Virus record (IMG/VR): IMGVR_UViG_2690315994_000029
Span: 1-33,676 of that record
Length of the DNA stretch: 33,676 nucleotides
Direction: 5' to 3' (one strand)
DNA from: a virus
Taxonomy: Duplodnaviria > Heunggongvirae > Uroviricota > Caudoviricetes
The position numbers and the translations under genes were made by a program. This document shows, piece after piece, positions 1-9,645 of this stretch (the first letter of the stretch is position 1; every line of letters starts with the position of its first letter). The notes beneath the pieces were generated by a model, which saw nothing but the letters and a program-made list of their open reading frames with translations, was not told the DNA's origin and made no database searches.

Positions 1-270
<270 letters not shown>

Positions 271-475
271 TTACCGTTAAATCATTTTAAAATCAGTAAG
301 TTGTATCGAGTTTGTATGCTTTACTGTCATTAACTTACTGTATGTTGATCCAGTGTATTTAACCTTGATAAACTCAGTCCAGCAACACAAAACCGCAACA
401 CATTGCATTTTGTCCCGTAGAAAAGACTTGTATGTGTGAGCTTGTTTTCTGCGCCTACGCAGATAAGGATTGAGA

Positions 476-1873
476 ATGCCGCGCACTGTAACACATAATC
501 CGGATAGCCCCAATAATGACGATGTTTTAGCCGCATCTGAAAAATGGGACGCCTGTAAACCCCCCTATACCAGCGCACACATGAAAATCTGTGTTGCTGC
601 CGCCAAAATCATCCTCGCTGCTTCCGGCGTGGCTCGCCGTTCCAAATACGAAAAAGAGAACTATCTCCGTATCGATTTCAGCAAAGCCGGTAAGGTTACA
701 TTTTACGCCGAGTTTCCAAAAAAGATGGGCCTCAAGGGTAAAAAGCTCGGCGAGTGGCCGGAGCTCGCTATCCAGCTGGCGCGCGAAAAAGCGCTAGGTA
801 TGGCTGACTGTGGCTTGCGGGCAGAGTCAGTACATGCAGCGCTGGAAATGTACCGGGATGACCTCAAAGCCAAAGTCGCCCGGCAGAAGCTGAGCCCGGA
901 CAGTTTCACAACCTACGGGGTGCGTATCGACAGGATTAAAGCAACGTTCGGCGAGCGTGAGGTGTTCAGCGACGTAACATACAATCGGCTGGTGGAAGTG
1001 CTGGACGAGTGGATCGCCACTCGCTCGAACAATAACGCCCTGGAGTTGTTTGCCGAGCTCCGTCGGTTCTGGAAGTTCTGCGCACCTACTCTTTGCAACG
1101 GCCGCAATGTTGCCGCCAGTCTGCCAGATGATTATGTTTCCTCCCGCGTACAGAAACCTACCCCCACACGGCTTTTTACCGATATTGAATCAATCGCCCG
1201 ACTCTGGCTCAATGTTGCTGCCTGCACCTCTGTACACCAGAAGAATGCTGTTCGCTTCATGATCATCACTGGCGTTCGTCCGATTAATGTCCATAACCTG
1301 CGCTGGGACTACGTTCACGAGGAGGCTGGTGAAATTGTTTATCCGGAAGGGGTTATCGGCATGCGAGGGGCTATGAAAACACAAAAGGCTTTCCGCCTGC
1401 CGATAACGCCTGAGATCCGGCGGATTATCGACGAGCAGAAAGCCTGGCGTGATTCAGTTCCTGAGTGCAACAGGGATTATGTATTTTTGCAGCCACGTGA
1501 TCCAATGCAGTCATTTTCAAAACGATCACTGGATAAGCTGGTGAAAACATACAGCCCGGACGGGGCTGTAAAAGGAATAAAACATGATGGGACTGTTAAA
1601 GGGAAAGACGGTGCATTTAATACGATGTGCCGTAAATTCCTTAAGAGCAATGTTATTGCCTTGATGAAGGAAAGAGGCTATTCCCGATCAGACCGAAGGG
1701 AAATCAGCCTCCTTTGCCTTCACCACTCCAGCAAGTCAGATGACCCGATGGCAGAACATTACGACTTTTCTGATGAGATTTTACAGGAAGAGATTGCGTT
1801 AAAGCGCGAAGCTTTCGAGGCTCACGAGCGGAGCATACTTGCGCAGGTTGCATTGCTACGGCGGCGAGGTTAA
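476..1873 (+). CDS. int: phage tyrosine integrase (site-specific recombinase)
   Basis: ORF track 470-1873 begins at TTG; first ATG at 476 preceded by AAGGA (465-469). About 465 aa, at prophage edge next to host gene, divergent from an AlpA/Xis-like gene; C-terminal region has His/Arg/Tyr residues expected of the catalytic domain. Family not verified by search. Confidence 0.8.
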   Translation: MPRTVTHNPDSPNNDDVLAASEKWDACKPPYTSAHMKICVAAAKIILAASGVARRSKYEKENYLRIDFSKAGKVTFYAEFPKKMGLKGKKLGEWPELAIQLAREKALGMADCGLRAESVHAALEMYRDDLKAKVARQKLSPDSFTTYGVRIDRIKATFGEREVFSDVTYNRLVEVLDEWIATRSNNNALELFAELRRFWKFCAPTLCNGRNVAASLPDDYVSSRVQKPTPTRLFTDIESIARLWLNVAACTSVHQKNAVRFMIITGVRPINVHNLRWDYVHEEAGEIVYPEGVIGMRGAMKTQKAFRLPITPEIRRIIDEQKAWRDSVPECNRDYVFLQPRDPMQSFSKRSLDKLVKTYSPDGAVKGIKHDGTVKGKDGAFNTMCRKFLKSNVIALMKERGYSRSDRREISLLCLHHSSKSDDPMAEHYDFSDEILQEEIALKREAFEAHERSILAQVALLRRRG

Positions 1874-2070
1874 TACTGGCTGCGACACTTTTGAATAAAA
1901 GCGTCGACATTTCGGCGCTCATAACGAACTACTTTTGCACTGAAACGAATTGGTGCCAGGATAGCCCGATGACGATGCTTAATATTCCACTCACATAGCG
2001 TTTTCTGTGTAATACCTAACTTTTGGCATACTTCATCTGGGGTGAGTAAATCGTCGGGTTTCTCGCTCAT
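1870..2070 (-). CDS. AlpA/Xis-family helix-turn-helix protein (putative excisionase)
   Basis: 66 aa; LLTPDEVCQKLGITQKTLCEW resembles AlpA-type excisionase HTH; start ATG 2070-2068 overlaps helicase stop (ATGA); adjacent to int. Confidence 0.65.
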   Translation of the reverse strand: MSEKPDDLLTPDEVCQKLGITQKTLCEWNIKHRHRAILAPIRFSAKVVRYERRNVDAFIQKCRSQY

Positions 2071-3461
2071 GCTATACCTCTCTTTTTCATGGCATCGAGC
2101 AGGATGTCCTGCACTGTTCGTTTTGAGTTGCGCCGCTCCATCACCATTTCGTCCATAGTGTCGGCCGCAATAATGTGGTGAATAAATACCGGACGATTGT
2201 GTCCGGCCTGTATCTGCCTGGTGGGGCCGATACGTTCAATAATTTGCTGATACTGCTCCAGGTCCCACCAGTGTGAGAAAAATACCAGTATGTTTCCGCC
2301 GTCCTGCATGTTCAGACCGTGGCCCGCGCTGGCTGGGTGTGCAAAGAGAACAGGAATCTTTCCGGAATTCCAGTCGCGCAGTGTCTGTGGATCTTGGTCG
2401 AGGTGACGACCGCGAGGGAATGCTTTAAGCAAGCGTTCAAGATCGTGTTTCCAGTGATAAGCAACCAGCACAGGTGCGCCAGCTGCTTCGGTCAGTATGC
2501 TGTCCAGCGCCTGCAGTTTGGTGTCATGCAGTTCTGACCAACTTCCGGTGTCGTCTGTGTATACTGCGCCACTGGCGATTTGCAGACACTTCAGTGTCTT
2601 TGCCGCGGCGTTTGGTGCTTCGATGCCTTCGCCATTCAGCTCGAGGAACATTTCCTTTTCCATTTCACGATACTGCTGACGGGCCTTCGGCGGCATATCC
2701 ACGCGGATTACGTTATGGATGGGGTCTTTGATATCGAACCAGTCGGCCGCATCCAGCGATAGGGTCACATCGGCTAACGCTCGCTGTATTTCACCCTGTG
2801 AGTGAGCAAACGGCTCCAGTTTGGTCCAGCTCTGCCCCGGAAACTGCATCGAGTTGAACCAGCGTGAGGTAAACGCGCCGTAAGTGCGTCCGAGACGTTG
2901 CCCCAGGTCCACAAACCACGCTTGTCCCCACAAATCTACCAGGCCGTTCGGTGCTGGCGTACCGGTGAGATTTATCCAGCGCCGGACATACTTATGCGCC
3001 ACTTTGCCCAGCGCCGCCGCGCGCTTACCACCACCTCGCAGCCGGAAGGATTTTAGCCGGGTGCTTTCATCTGGAATGACAGTACCGAACGGCCATCGTT
3101 CTCCCAATTCCTCAACCAGCCAGACAAGGTTATCGTAGTTGATGGTGAACACGCTTGCGTTGCTGTTCGCCAGCGCTGCAGAGCGCGCTTTGGCGTTACC
3201 AACAATCGACTGCATCTCAATATTACGCAGATGCCCCCATTTAACAGCTTCATCAGGCCAGGTGCTTGCTGCAACGCGTAGCGGCGCGAGGACCAGCGCG
3301 GGGCGTGTTTCTGCTCCAGCCATGAAAAGATCTTCCAGCGTGGTGAGTGTCGCTACGGTTTTACCCATTCCCATACCTGCCCAGATGTTGCAGCGCATGA
3401 TGTCGATTTCGTGGTTGATAATGAGATCTTGGTAGGGGCGAGGGATAAAGTTTTGAGGCAT
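2067..3461 (-). CDS. superfamily-2 (SNF2/DEAD-like) DNA helicase
   Basis: 464 aa; Walker A GMGMGKT near N-terminus, DExx-like VIPDESTRLK, C-terminal helicase-like region; ATG at 3461-3459. Confidence 0.75.
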   Translation of the reverse strand: MPQNFIPRPYQDLIINHEIDIMRCNIWAGMGMGKTVATLTTLEDLFMAGAETRPALVLAPLRVAASTWPDEAVKWGHLRNIEMQSIVGNAKARSAALANSNASVFTINYDNLVWLVEELGERWPFGTVIPDESTRLKSFRLRGGGKRAAALGKVAHKYVRRWINLTGTPAPNGLVDLWGQAWFVDLGQRLGRTYGAFTSRWFNSMQFPGQSWTKLEPFAHSQGEIQRALADVTLSLDAADWFDIKDPIHNVIRVDMPPKARQQYREMEKEMFLELNGEGIEAPNAAAKTLKCLQIASGAVYTDDTGSWSELHDTKLQALDSILTEAAGAPVLVAYHWKHDLERLLKAFPRGRHLDQDPQTLRDWNSGKIPVLFAHPASAGHGLNMQDGGNILVFFSHWWDLEQYQQIIERIGPTRQIQAGHNRPVFIHHIIAADTMDEMVMERRNSKRTVQDILLDAMKKRGIA

Positions 3462-3571
3462 TATAATCTCGCAAATTTTTGCTAGTTAGAGGTCGCACCA
3501 GTTGGCCTGGCAATTTTTACTATTCACAGCGAAGGTAACCCACAGGGTTAAATGTAAGGATAAACAATAAA

Positions 3572-4501
3572 ATGAGTGAATTTGGTGGTCAGCAACCCGC
3601 ACCCCAACAAGTACTGGACTTAGGTGTTAGTACTGAGGGGGTTTTTAACGAAATAGAAATGGGGGTTCTTCAGAACGGGATCTCCTACCTTACGCAAAAT
3701 GGGCTGGCCAGGATTTGCGGGGTGCATCGCAGTAATATCGCGGATATTTCTCGAGAGTGGGAAGAGAGCTTCCGCCACGGAGTTTTCGCTCGAGGGCGTA
3801 TGGAGTTTATCAGCTCATATTTACAGCGTGAGCAATATAATGAGCCGACTCTTTATATCACAATCAACAAAGATGGGTCAGTCCATTATGCGTACCCAGA
3901 AGTAGTCTGTATGGCTATTCTGGAGTTCTACGCATTTGTATCTCAAAGTGCTGCAACTCCTACTGCGCTACAGTTTTTCCGCGAGCTATCCCGTGCGGGT
4001 ATGCGTGGTTACATCTATACAGCGCTTGGCTACATACCTGATGACCCTTGGCGTCATTACCACTCTCGTGTGTCAATCATGCATGGGGCAAACTCGGTTC
4101 CTGCTGGACACTTCATTGTATTCAATGAAATTGCCGGTTTAATGGTAGACCTCATCCATGCTGGATTAGCAGTAAACCAGTACACTGTACCGGATATCAG
4201 TGTGGGCCAGCACTGGGCTCGCTACTGGTCTTCTTCCAACTACGATGCGACGATTGGCCCAAGACAACGCTGCCAGCACTATTACCCTGAAGAATTCAAC
4301 CAATCCGCAAGTAATCCCCAAATGGTCTATGCATACCCTGATAATGCTTTAGCTGTATTCAGGCACTGGCTTCGTGCGGTTTATTTACCAACCAAATTCC
4401 CTAAATACCTTCTGAGTAAAGCAGGGCTATTGGCTGGCGGACAAACGGCGGCGTTGCAAATTATTGATAATTTTAATAATCGTGCATTACCTAACCCATA
4501 A
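3572..4501 (+). CDS. hypothetical protein with KilA-N/Bro-N-like N-terminal region; function unknown (candidate defence/exclusion gene)
   Basis: 309-aa ORF, ATG 3572 with TAAGGA 11 nt upstream; only plus-strand gene inside the minus-strand early operon; N-terminal segment NGISYLTQNGLARICGVHRSNIADISREW looks like a phage DNA-binding (KilA-N/Bro-N type) module; C-terminal part unrecognised. Confidence 0.7.
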   Translation: MSEFGGQQPAPQQVLDLGVSTEGVFNEIEMGVLQNGISYLTQNGLARICGVHRSNIADISREWEESFRHGVFARGRMEFISSYLQREQYNEPTLYITINKDGSVHYAYPEVVCMAILEFYAFVSQSAATPTALQFFRELSRAGMRGYIYTALGYIPDDPWRHYHSRVSIMHGANSVPAGHFIVFNEIAGLMVDLIHAGLAVNQYTVPDISVGQHWARYWSSSNYDATIGPRQRCQHYYPEEFNQSASNPQMVYAYPDNALAVFRHWLRAVYLPTKFPKYLLSKAGLLAGGQTAALQIIDNFNNRALPNP

Positions 4502-4503
4502 TA

Positions 4504-5517
4504 TCAACAGATGAGGTCGTATCCTGTGCATTCCATAAACGAGCGGATGAATGTTGCGGCAGCTGGTGCGACTATCGCGTTGCCGTAGGCGCGCAGTCGT
4601 CCCACTCTGGAGGTAATCCCATGAGCCAACGGGAATGTGCCGGATTCAACTGGCCGCCAGCGACCATCCCGGCAGAGGAGCCAGTCAGCATCATCCCAGC
4701 AGCTGTTAATCGTATTGGGCCGCCGAGGGTCGTTCCCCGTTTGGTATGATTGGCCGCTGCGCCCTCGCCACGAACTTGGTTGTTGTCGACCGTCGTCACT
4801 GTCGGCCATCCCGCTAATCTGGATAGCCCCGCTAAGGTTTCTAGACCGCGTTTTGTCTCCGGCTGTGGGTTTGTGTTGCAGGTTGGGGTGTACCACCCCG
4901 CCAGGTGAGCAAAATCCCGCAGGGAGCTGTGTAGCGTGTTGCCGGACGGTCGACGATCTCCAGACATCTTCCTCAATGCTATTGAGGCGCTTTCGCCACC
5001 GCTGTGGTCGCTCGCCGCTGGCGTCGGCCACCCAATACGCTCTATCTCGGATATGCGGGGCACCGACGCCCGCAGCCGGAAACGGGACAAGCCCAAAGGC
5101 GTAGTCCACTGCTTCCACGTCAGTTTGTACAAGATCGAACCAGGCATTGACTCCCGCAACCTGTTCGCCAAATACCAGCTCAGGGCGTCGCTCGCTGATG
5201 AGGTGGAATAGTGCTGGCCATAGGTGCCGCTCGTCATCAAACCCAGCGCCTTTACCAGCCGAGCTGAAAGGCTGGCACGGGCAACTTCCTGTCCAGACCG
5301 GTTTGTTATCCGGCCATCCGGCCAGACGCAGAGCATAAGACCAGACGCCGATCCCGGCGAAGAAATGGCACTGTGTGAATCCGCGCAAGTCGTCTGGTGC
5401 GACATCTTCGATACTCCTTTCATCAACTTCACCCGGGGCGATATGACCCGCAGCAATAAGGTTACGCAGCCATTGTGCTGCGTTAGGGTCTATTTCGTTG
5501 TAATAGGCTCCCCGCAC
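4504..5517 (-). CDS. DNA (cytosine-5)-methyltransferase
   Basis: Motifs in order: FFAGIGV (motif I), [11 protein letters not shown] (PCQ catalytic motif IV), FGEQV (ENV motif VI), AYGNAIVAP (motif X); apparent GTG start at 5517; no cognate nuclease recognisable. Confidence 0.9.
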   Translation of the reverse strand: MRGAYYNEIDPNAAQWLRNLIAAGHIAPGEVDERSIEDVAPDDLRGFTQCHFFAGIGVWSYALRLAGWPDNKPVWTGSCPCQPFSSAGKGAGFDDERHLWPALFHLISERRPELVFGEQVAGVNAWFDLVQTDVEAVDYAFGLVPFPAAGVGAPHIRDRAYWVADASGERPQRWRKRLNSIEEDVWRSSTVRQHATQLPAGFCSPGGVVHPNLQHKPTAGDKTRSRNLSGAIQISGMADSDDGRQQPSSWRGRSGQSYQTGNDPRRPNTINSCWDDADWLLCRDGRWRPVESGTFPLAHGITSRVGRLRAYGNAIVAPAAATFIRSFMECTGYDLIC

Positions 5518-5783
5518 AATATCCCCTCCAGATTTTTGCTATCCAGCACCACTACGGTAAAGCCCAGCGCGCGCAGTCGTCCGTGTTCACGCAGTTGGCC
5601 GGCGCGTGGTGGCTTGCCGGGTGCTTTACATTCAACGAAAACGATACGACCACCGGGTAGCAGAACAATGCGATCTGGTACAGAGCGGTGACCGGGAGAT
5701 ACAAACTTAAAGGCCACCCCGCCAGCTTTTTTCACTTCAGCGACGAGGTGCTTTTCGATAAGGCTTTCACGTTCATAGGCCAT
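5490..5783 (-). CDS. VRR-NUC domain nuclease
   Basis: IVFVECKAPGKPPRAGQLREHGRLRALGF matches VRR-NUC signature; start chosen at in-frame ATG 5783-5781 (track start 5810 would overlap the upstream gene by 38 bp). Confidence 0.7.
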   Translation of the reverse strand: MAYERESLIEKHLVAEVKKAGGVAFKFVSPGHRSVPDRIVLLPGGRIVFVECKAPGKPPRAGQLREHGRLRALGFTVVVLDSKNLEGILCGEPITTK

Positions 5784-6072
5784 CTGAATCCCACTCTTCA
5801 AAAAGCACATTCAATTCCAGTTTCTCTGCCAATGCGTTTTCTGCACGTGCGCCGGTAGAGTACTCCCACTCTTTGAGCATATAAATCGTATCGGCACAGC
5901 GAAGCATTGCGAGGCAGATGTCCATATACTGAGCCTGTGTCAAACCATCGGGTAAAGTTGCGGGGTTAAGCACAACATATCCCTTGTCCGTTAGCCTCTT
6001 TGCTGCGGAATGAAAGGCCGGGCGGTTAAATTGTTCGTAACCGCTCATAGGCCCGGCAACGTAAACGATCAT
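5773..6072 (-). CDS. DUF4406-like (nucleoside 2-deoxyribosyltransferase-like) protein
   Basis: 99 aa beginning MIVYVAGPMSGYEQFNRPAF, typical of this phage family by recollection; ATG 6072-6070. Confidence 0.55.
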   Translation of the reverse strand: MIVYVAGPMSGYEQFNRPAFHSAAKRLTDKGYVVLNPATLPDGLTQAQYMDICLAMLRCADTIYMLKEWEYSTGARAENALAEKLELNVLFEEWDSDGL

Positions 6073-6284
6073 TCTTCGACCGCCTTACGCTTTTCACGCA
6101 TATTCTGCATCAGGCAAAAATCAGATCTGCGTTCACTCCATTCCTGATTCAGTTCGTGATGTGATTCGCGGTTGGCTTTTGCCCAGACCTTCGCTGCCCG
6201 GTCATATTCGCCGGATTGTTCAAGTCGCAAAGCCTCCCTTGCAGCCCTGTAATAAAGTGGATTGTCCCGGTATTTAAATGACAT
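6069..6284 (-). CDS. ANR-family small regulator-like protein
   Basis: 71 aa, MSFKYRDNPLYYRAAREALRLEQSGEYDRAAKVW; ATG 6284-6282 with AAGGA upstream; ATGA overlap with the downstream gene. Confidence 0.5.
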   Translation of the reverse strand: MSFKYRDNPLYYRAAREALRLEQSGEYDRAAKVWAKANRESHHELNQEWSERRSDFCLMQNMREKRKAVEE

Positions 6285-6289
6285 AGGAG

Positions 6290-8353
6290 TTAATCCTTAC
6301 GGTAGTGGTACGCCTCAAAACCGCCAGCGTTCAGTGGGATATCGGGCGCCCATTCGGGGTTAGTGGAGAGAAGCGCGGAAAGCGCTTTATCGTTGAAATC
6401 TTCTGTGTCAGGTGCTTCGGTGATCACCTCGTCGTGTACCGTCAGCACAATGCTGTAACCGGCATCTTCGATAAGCGGCATGTTTCCGGCCAGAACGTCG
6501 CGGGCGGCCGCCTGGGTGACGTTCTCTACCAGCTTTCCGCCGTAGGTTTTGAGTCGTTGCCATTTACGCGAATAAGAGTTAACACCCATATAGGTGATAT
6601 CCCCTTTTTCGATAACCGGAGACGGGTAGCATACAGCGCGTCCAGATGGCAGCTGTATGCGCAGCCACGCGCCATCACGTCGGATTTTAAGATAGCCGCA
6701 ATACAATGTTTTTTGCGGTGTGGCGATTGCTGTGCGGACGGTGCACTCCAGTTCGTACCAGAAATCACAGGTCGCGGGATGCGCCCGGCGCCAGAGACGT
6801 TTAAGTGAGTCGCAGGCGATAAATACCCGTTCAGAAAGCCCGTAGGTCGATTTACGTTTAACCGATTCGTCGTACCAGCTTTTCGCCTCGCGGATAACAT
6901 CGCGGGGAATGTTTGGCAGTGCGGCGTTCGCCAGCCCGTCGAGATCGAGACCGTAAACCAGAGCAAAAGTGATGAAAGCCGATACACCTCCTCCATAACC
7001 CAGACCGAGTTCCATGACTTTACCGATCTGACGCATGTGTTTATCAACATCATCTGGTGCAATATCGAAAGCTTTTGCATACGCCAGTTTATATAAGTCC
7101 GGACCCGTTCCGGCGTCGTACTCTCTGAATGCATTCAGTTTCCATTCTTCTCCCGCCAGCCATGCCAGCATACGGCCTTCAATGTTCGACAAGTCACTTA
7201 CCACCAGCTTTTTGCCTGTTGGCGCGATAATGCAGCCACGTAACGCTGAACTGGTTAGTTCCATGATATTGTCAAACAGCAGGTCTGCACATCCGGCTTT
7301 CAGTGCTTCGATGCCTTCGTCTATTTGTTCCTGTTTTAGTGAAGGGCGGGGAAGGTTCTGGGGCTGGAATAGCCGTCCGGCCCAACGACCGGTACGTGAC
7401 GCCCCGCAGAACTGTAGCGTACCGCGTAAGCGCCCGTCGTGGCTTACGCCTTTCATCAGTGCCTTGTATTTACTGGTGCTGGTAGTACTGGCCTGCAGGC
7501 GGATAGCCAGCAGTTCTTTCACGGCAGATGGTAAATCGGGGTCGGCAATACGACGTTCCAGAGTACTGCGTTGCATGTCTGGTAGCTCCACACCGTAGGA
7601 TTCAACAATGTGCTTAATCAACGCGTCTCGTTGTGTGGCTGCCTGCACTTCGCCATCAGTCATTTCCTGTGTACGCTTTGCCAGGCGCTTTTGTTCCTGG
7701 TCTACCGCGTCGATCGCAGCGCGTGCGAGTTCCACGTCCATGCAGACGCCCCGGTCATTGATCTGCTGATCACGATGCCAGAGCGCCAGTTCTGTCCCCT
7801 GATAATTCCACTTCGGCAGACGTTTATAGACTTCGCGCATTGCCTCGATATCCAGTCCGGCGTAAGCAACAAAGCGCCGCCATTCTTCCGGGTGGGTTTT
7901 GCTGGTGGCCCGGCGCAGTTTGCTGTTTTTCGGGCGTGGCTTACAGAACAGCTGGATCAGCGCTTTACCTTCTTTGTCCTTCGCTTTGTCTTGCGGGACG
8001 CCTAGTACTTCGCAGAGTTCCCCCAGAGCCCCCGGGAGACCGTGCGCCAGCGCCTGCACCATCGTGTCGCGCCAACGTTCGACTGGCGGTGCCAGTCGCG
8101 GCATTGCATAACGCAGGACGGTGCGGTCGAAGTGAGAGTTATGAAAATAAAGCAGGGTTTCAGGGGCTGCGATTGCTTCGTATAAGCCGTGTGGAATACC
8201 ACCACCGGCAGTGATATCCCATACGTTTACTGGCCCGTCGTTGATAGCCCATGCGAACAGCATCACTTCAACGCCTTCGGCATACGCATGGGTACCGTTC
8301 GTAATAGGGATTTCGCAATAGGTTTCCAGGTCGCCCCATAGTATATTGGACAT
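6290..8353 (-). CDS. family-A DNA polymerase (Pol I-like, phage replicative)
   Basis: 687 aa; Pol A motif A-like [14 protein letters not shown], motif B-like [16 protein letters not shown], motif C VHDE; N-terminal exonuclease-like region. Confidence 0.85.
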   Translation of the reverse strand: MSNILWGDLETYCEIPITNGTHAYAEGVEVMLFAWAINDGPVNVWDITAGGGIPHGLYEAIAAPETLLYFHNSHFDRTVLRYAMPRLAPPVERWRDTMVQALAHGLPGALGELCEVLGVPQDKAKDKEGKALIQLFCKPRPKNSKLRRATSKTHPEEWRRFVAYAGLDIEAMREVYKRLPKWNYQGTELALWHRDQQINDRGVCMDVELARAAIDAVDQEQKRLAKRTQEMTDGEVQAATQRDALIKHIVESYGVELPDMQRSTLERRIADPDLPSAVKELLAIRLQASTTSTSKYKALMKGVSHDGRLRGTLQFCGASRTGRWAGRLFQPQNLPRPSLKQEQIDEGIEALKAGCADLLFDNIMELTSSALRGCIIAPTGKKLVVSDLSNIEGRMLAWLAGEEWKLNAFREYDAGTGPDLYKLAYAKAFDIAPDDVDKHMRQIGKVMELGLGYGGGVSAFITFALVYGLDLDGLANAALPNIPRDVIREAKSWYDESVKRKSTYGLSERVFIACDSLKRLWRRAHPATCDFWYELECTVRTAIATPQKTLYCGYLKIRRDGAWLRIQLPSGRAVCYPSPVIEKGDITYMGVNSYSRKWQRLKTYGGKLVENVTQAAARDVLAGNMPLIEDAGYSIVLTVHDEVITEAPDTEDFNDKALSALLSTNPEWAPDIPLNAGGFEAYHYRKD

Positions 8354-8399
8354 GTGTTTACCTTGGTTTTTATTCTATTAACTGATTAAAAGATTAATT

Positions 8400-9029
8400 A
8401 TGCATATGATCCAATACTTGATTGACCATACAGAGCATCTGGAGAAAATAGCTGGATATATTTTTTCATGTTTGATTGTTATGGGAGTCTGGATAAGAAA
8501 GATCATTTTTAATTATAAGTATAAAGAGCCTAAATATGTCAAGAAGTTAATTTTATATTTAGTTAAGTATGAACGTTATCTGGATAAGGAGGATAAGAGT
8601 GCCATAGAAAAAAGAATAAATGATAAAATTATTCGTGATGCGCTGAAATTGCAATCTTCTTATAACCGAAGTGATGTTATTTACATTTGCAATAGATTAG
8701 AAAAAAGACAGTATATAAATCAGGTGATTAAGCTTCAGAATTATATAGAGAAAGATAACGGAGTGTTTTTCATCAATGTTAATTTTTCAGGTTTTTTATT
8801 TATTATTAGTCGTCTGTTTTCCTTTCTGTGTTTTGTGCTGTTTATCCTTTTTTCTATTATCTGCATTATTTCCATAGGGCAAAATGAAGGCCTTTTAAAT
8901 TATCTTGTGTATATGGTTATGACAATAGTTTTAGAGACTGTTGGTTTTTGGATGTATGATACTTTCCCGTCTAAGAAGAAGATCTGTGAACTAAATAAAG
9001 AATTGAGGAAGATTAAGATTCCTGAGTGA
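8400..9029 (+). CDS. hypothetical multi-pass membrane protein, AT-rich moron
   Basis: 209-aa ORF with GC visibly far below flanks (roughly 30 percent vs about 50 percent, by eye); hydrophobic segments IAGYIFSCLIVMGVWI, FSGFLFIISRLFSFLCFVLFILFSIICIISI, LLNYLVYMVMTIVLETVGFWMY; opposite strand to flanking replication genes. Confidence 0.7.
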   Translation: MHMIQYLIDHTEHLEKIAGYIFSCLIVMGVWIRKIIFNYKYKEPKYVKKLILYLVKYERYLDKEDKSAIEKRINDKIIRDALKLQSSYNRSDVIYICNRLEKRQYINQVIKLQNYIEKDNGVFFINVNFSGFLFIISRLFSFLCFVLFILFSIICIISIGQNEGLLNYLVYMVMTIVLETVGFWMYDTFPSKKKICELNKELRKIKIPE

Positions 9030-9047
9030 TTATACGCCTAATCAGCA

Positions 9048-9066
9048 GCCCGGTATTTAACCGGGC
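9048..9066. other. 7-bp GC-rich hairpin between convergent genes
   Basis: GCCCGGT-attta-ACCGGGC inverted repeat; no U-tract on either side, so terminator function uncertain. Confidence 0.4.
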
Positions 9067-9081
9067 GTCTATGAAGTAGGG

Positions 9082-9630
9082 TTAAATCAGTGCTTCAGCA
9101 TCAGCACCTTCGCTGATATCGTCGAAATCGTCAGCGCTTGCCACTCCGCCGCCAGCGAATGCATCGCCGTCTCGCAGGAACTGGACTCCGCCGAGTGAGG
9201 CATTAATGCGTTTACCGAAATTATTGTCCTGTGCCCAGATATCGATAACGGCGTTTACATAGCACCCTGCATAGGGACGTCCATCAGCCTGAATAAGTGG
9301 CGAACGATCGCGATCAAGAACAGCTGGGCGCGCTTTGTTAGCAGCATTCAGGAAGAAATTGCCGGGGAAGCCTTCATACTCTGCTTTTTCATCACCATCA
9401 TGCAGGCACAGATTGAGTTTTTTCTCCAGTTGGTTATAAATGGGCTCCCACTTCTCTCCCCATTTTTCCTTCGCTACCTGCTTCATAGCTTTACGGATTT
9501 CTTCCAGTTGTGGGTGTTTGGGTGACATTAAAAATACTGCGGAGAAACGTGGATCGCCTTCGCCGTTTACAGTTTTAGCTTCAAACAGAGACGGGAAGGC
9601 CAGACGAACATTGTTCAGCTTCAGTTTCAT
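9082..9630 (-). CDS. DUF2815-family phage protein (putative ssDNA-binding)
   Basis: 182 aa beginning MKLKLNNVRLAFPSLFEAK; AAGGA RBS; acidic C-terminal tail. Confidence 0.7.
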   Translation of the reverse strand: MKLKLNNVRLAFPSLFEAKTVNGEGDPRFSAVFLMSPKHPQLEEIRKAMKQVAKEKWGEKWEPIYNQLEKKLNLCLHDGDEKAEYEGFPGNFFLNAANKARPAVLDRDRSPLIQADGRPYAGCYVNAVIDIWAQDNNFGKRINASLGGVQFLRDGDAFAGGGVASADDFDDISEGADAEALI

Positions 9631-9645
9631 GGGTATTTCCTTAAA

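Noticed and set aside
4572-5456. 294-aa minus-strand ORF overlapping the methyltransferase in another frame
   Set aside because: The 4504-5517 frame contains the full ordered set of C5-MTase motifs; the overlapping frame is a GC-rich shadow ORF.
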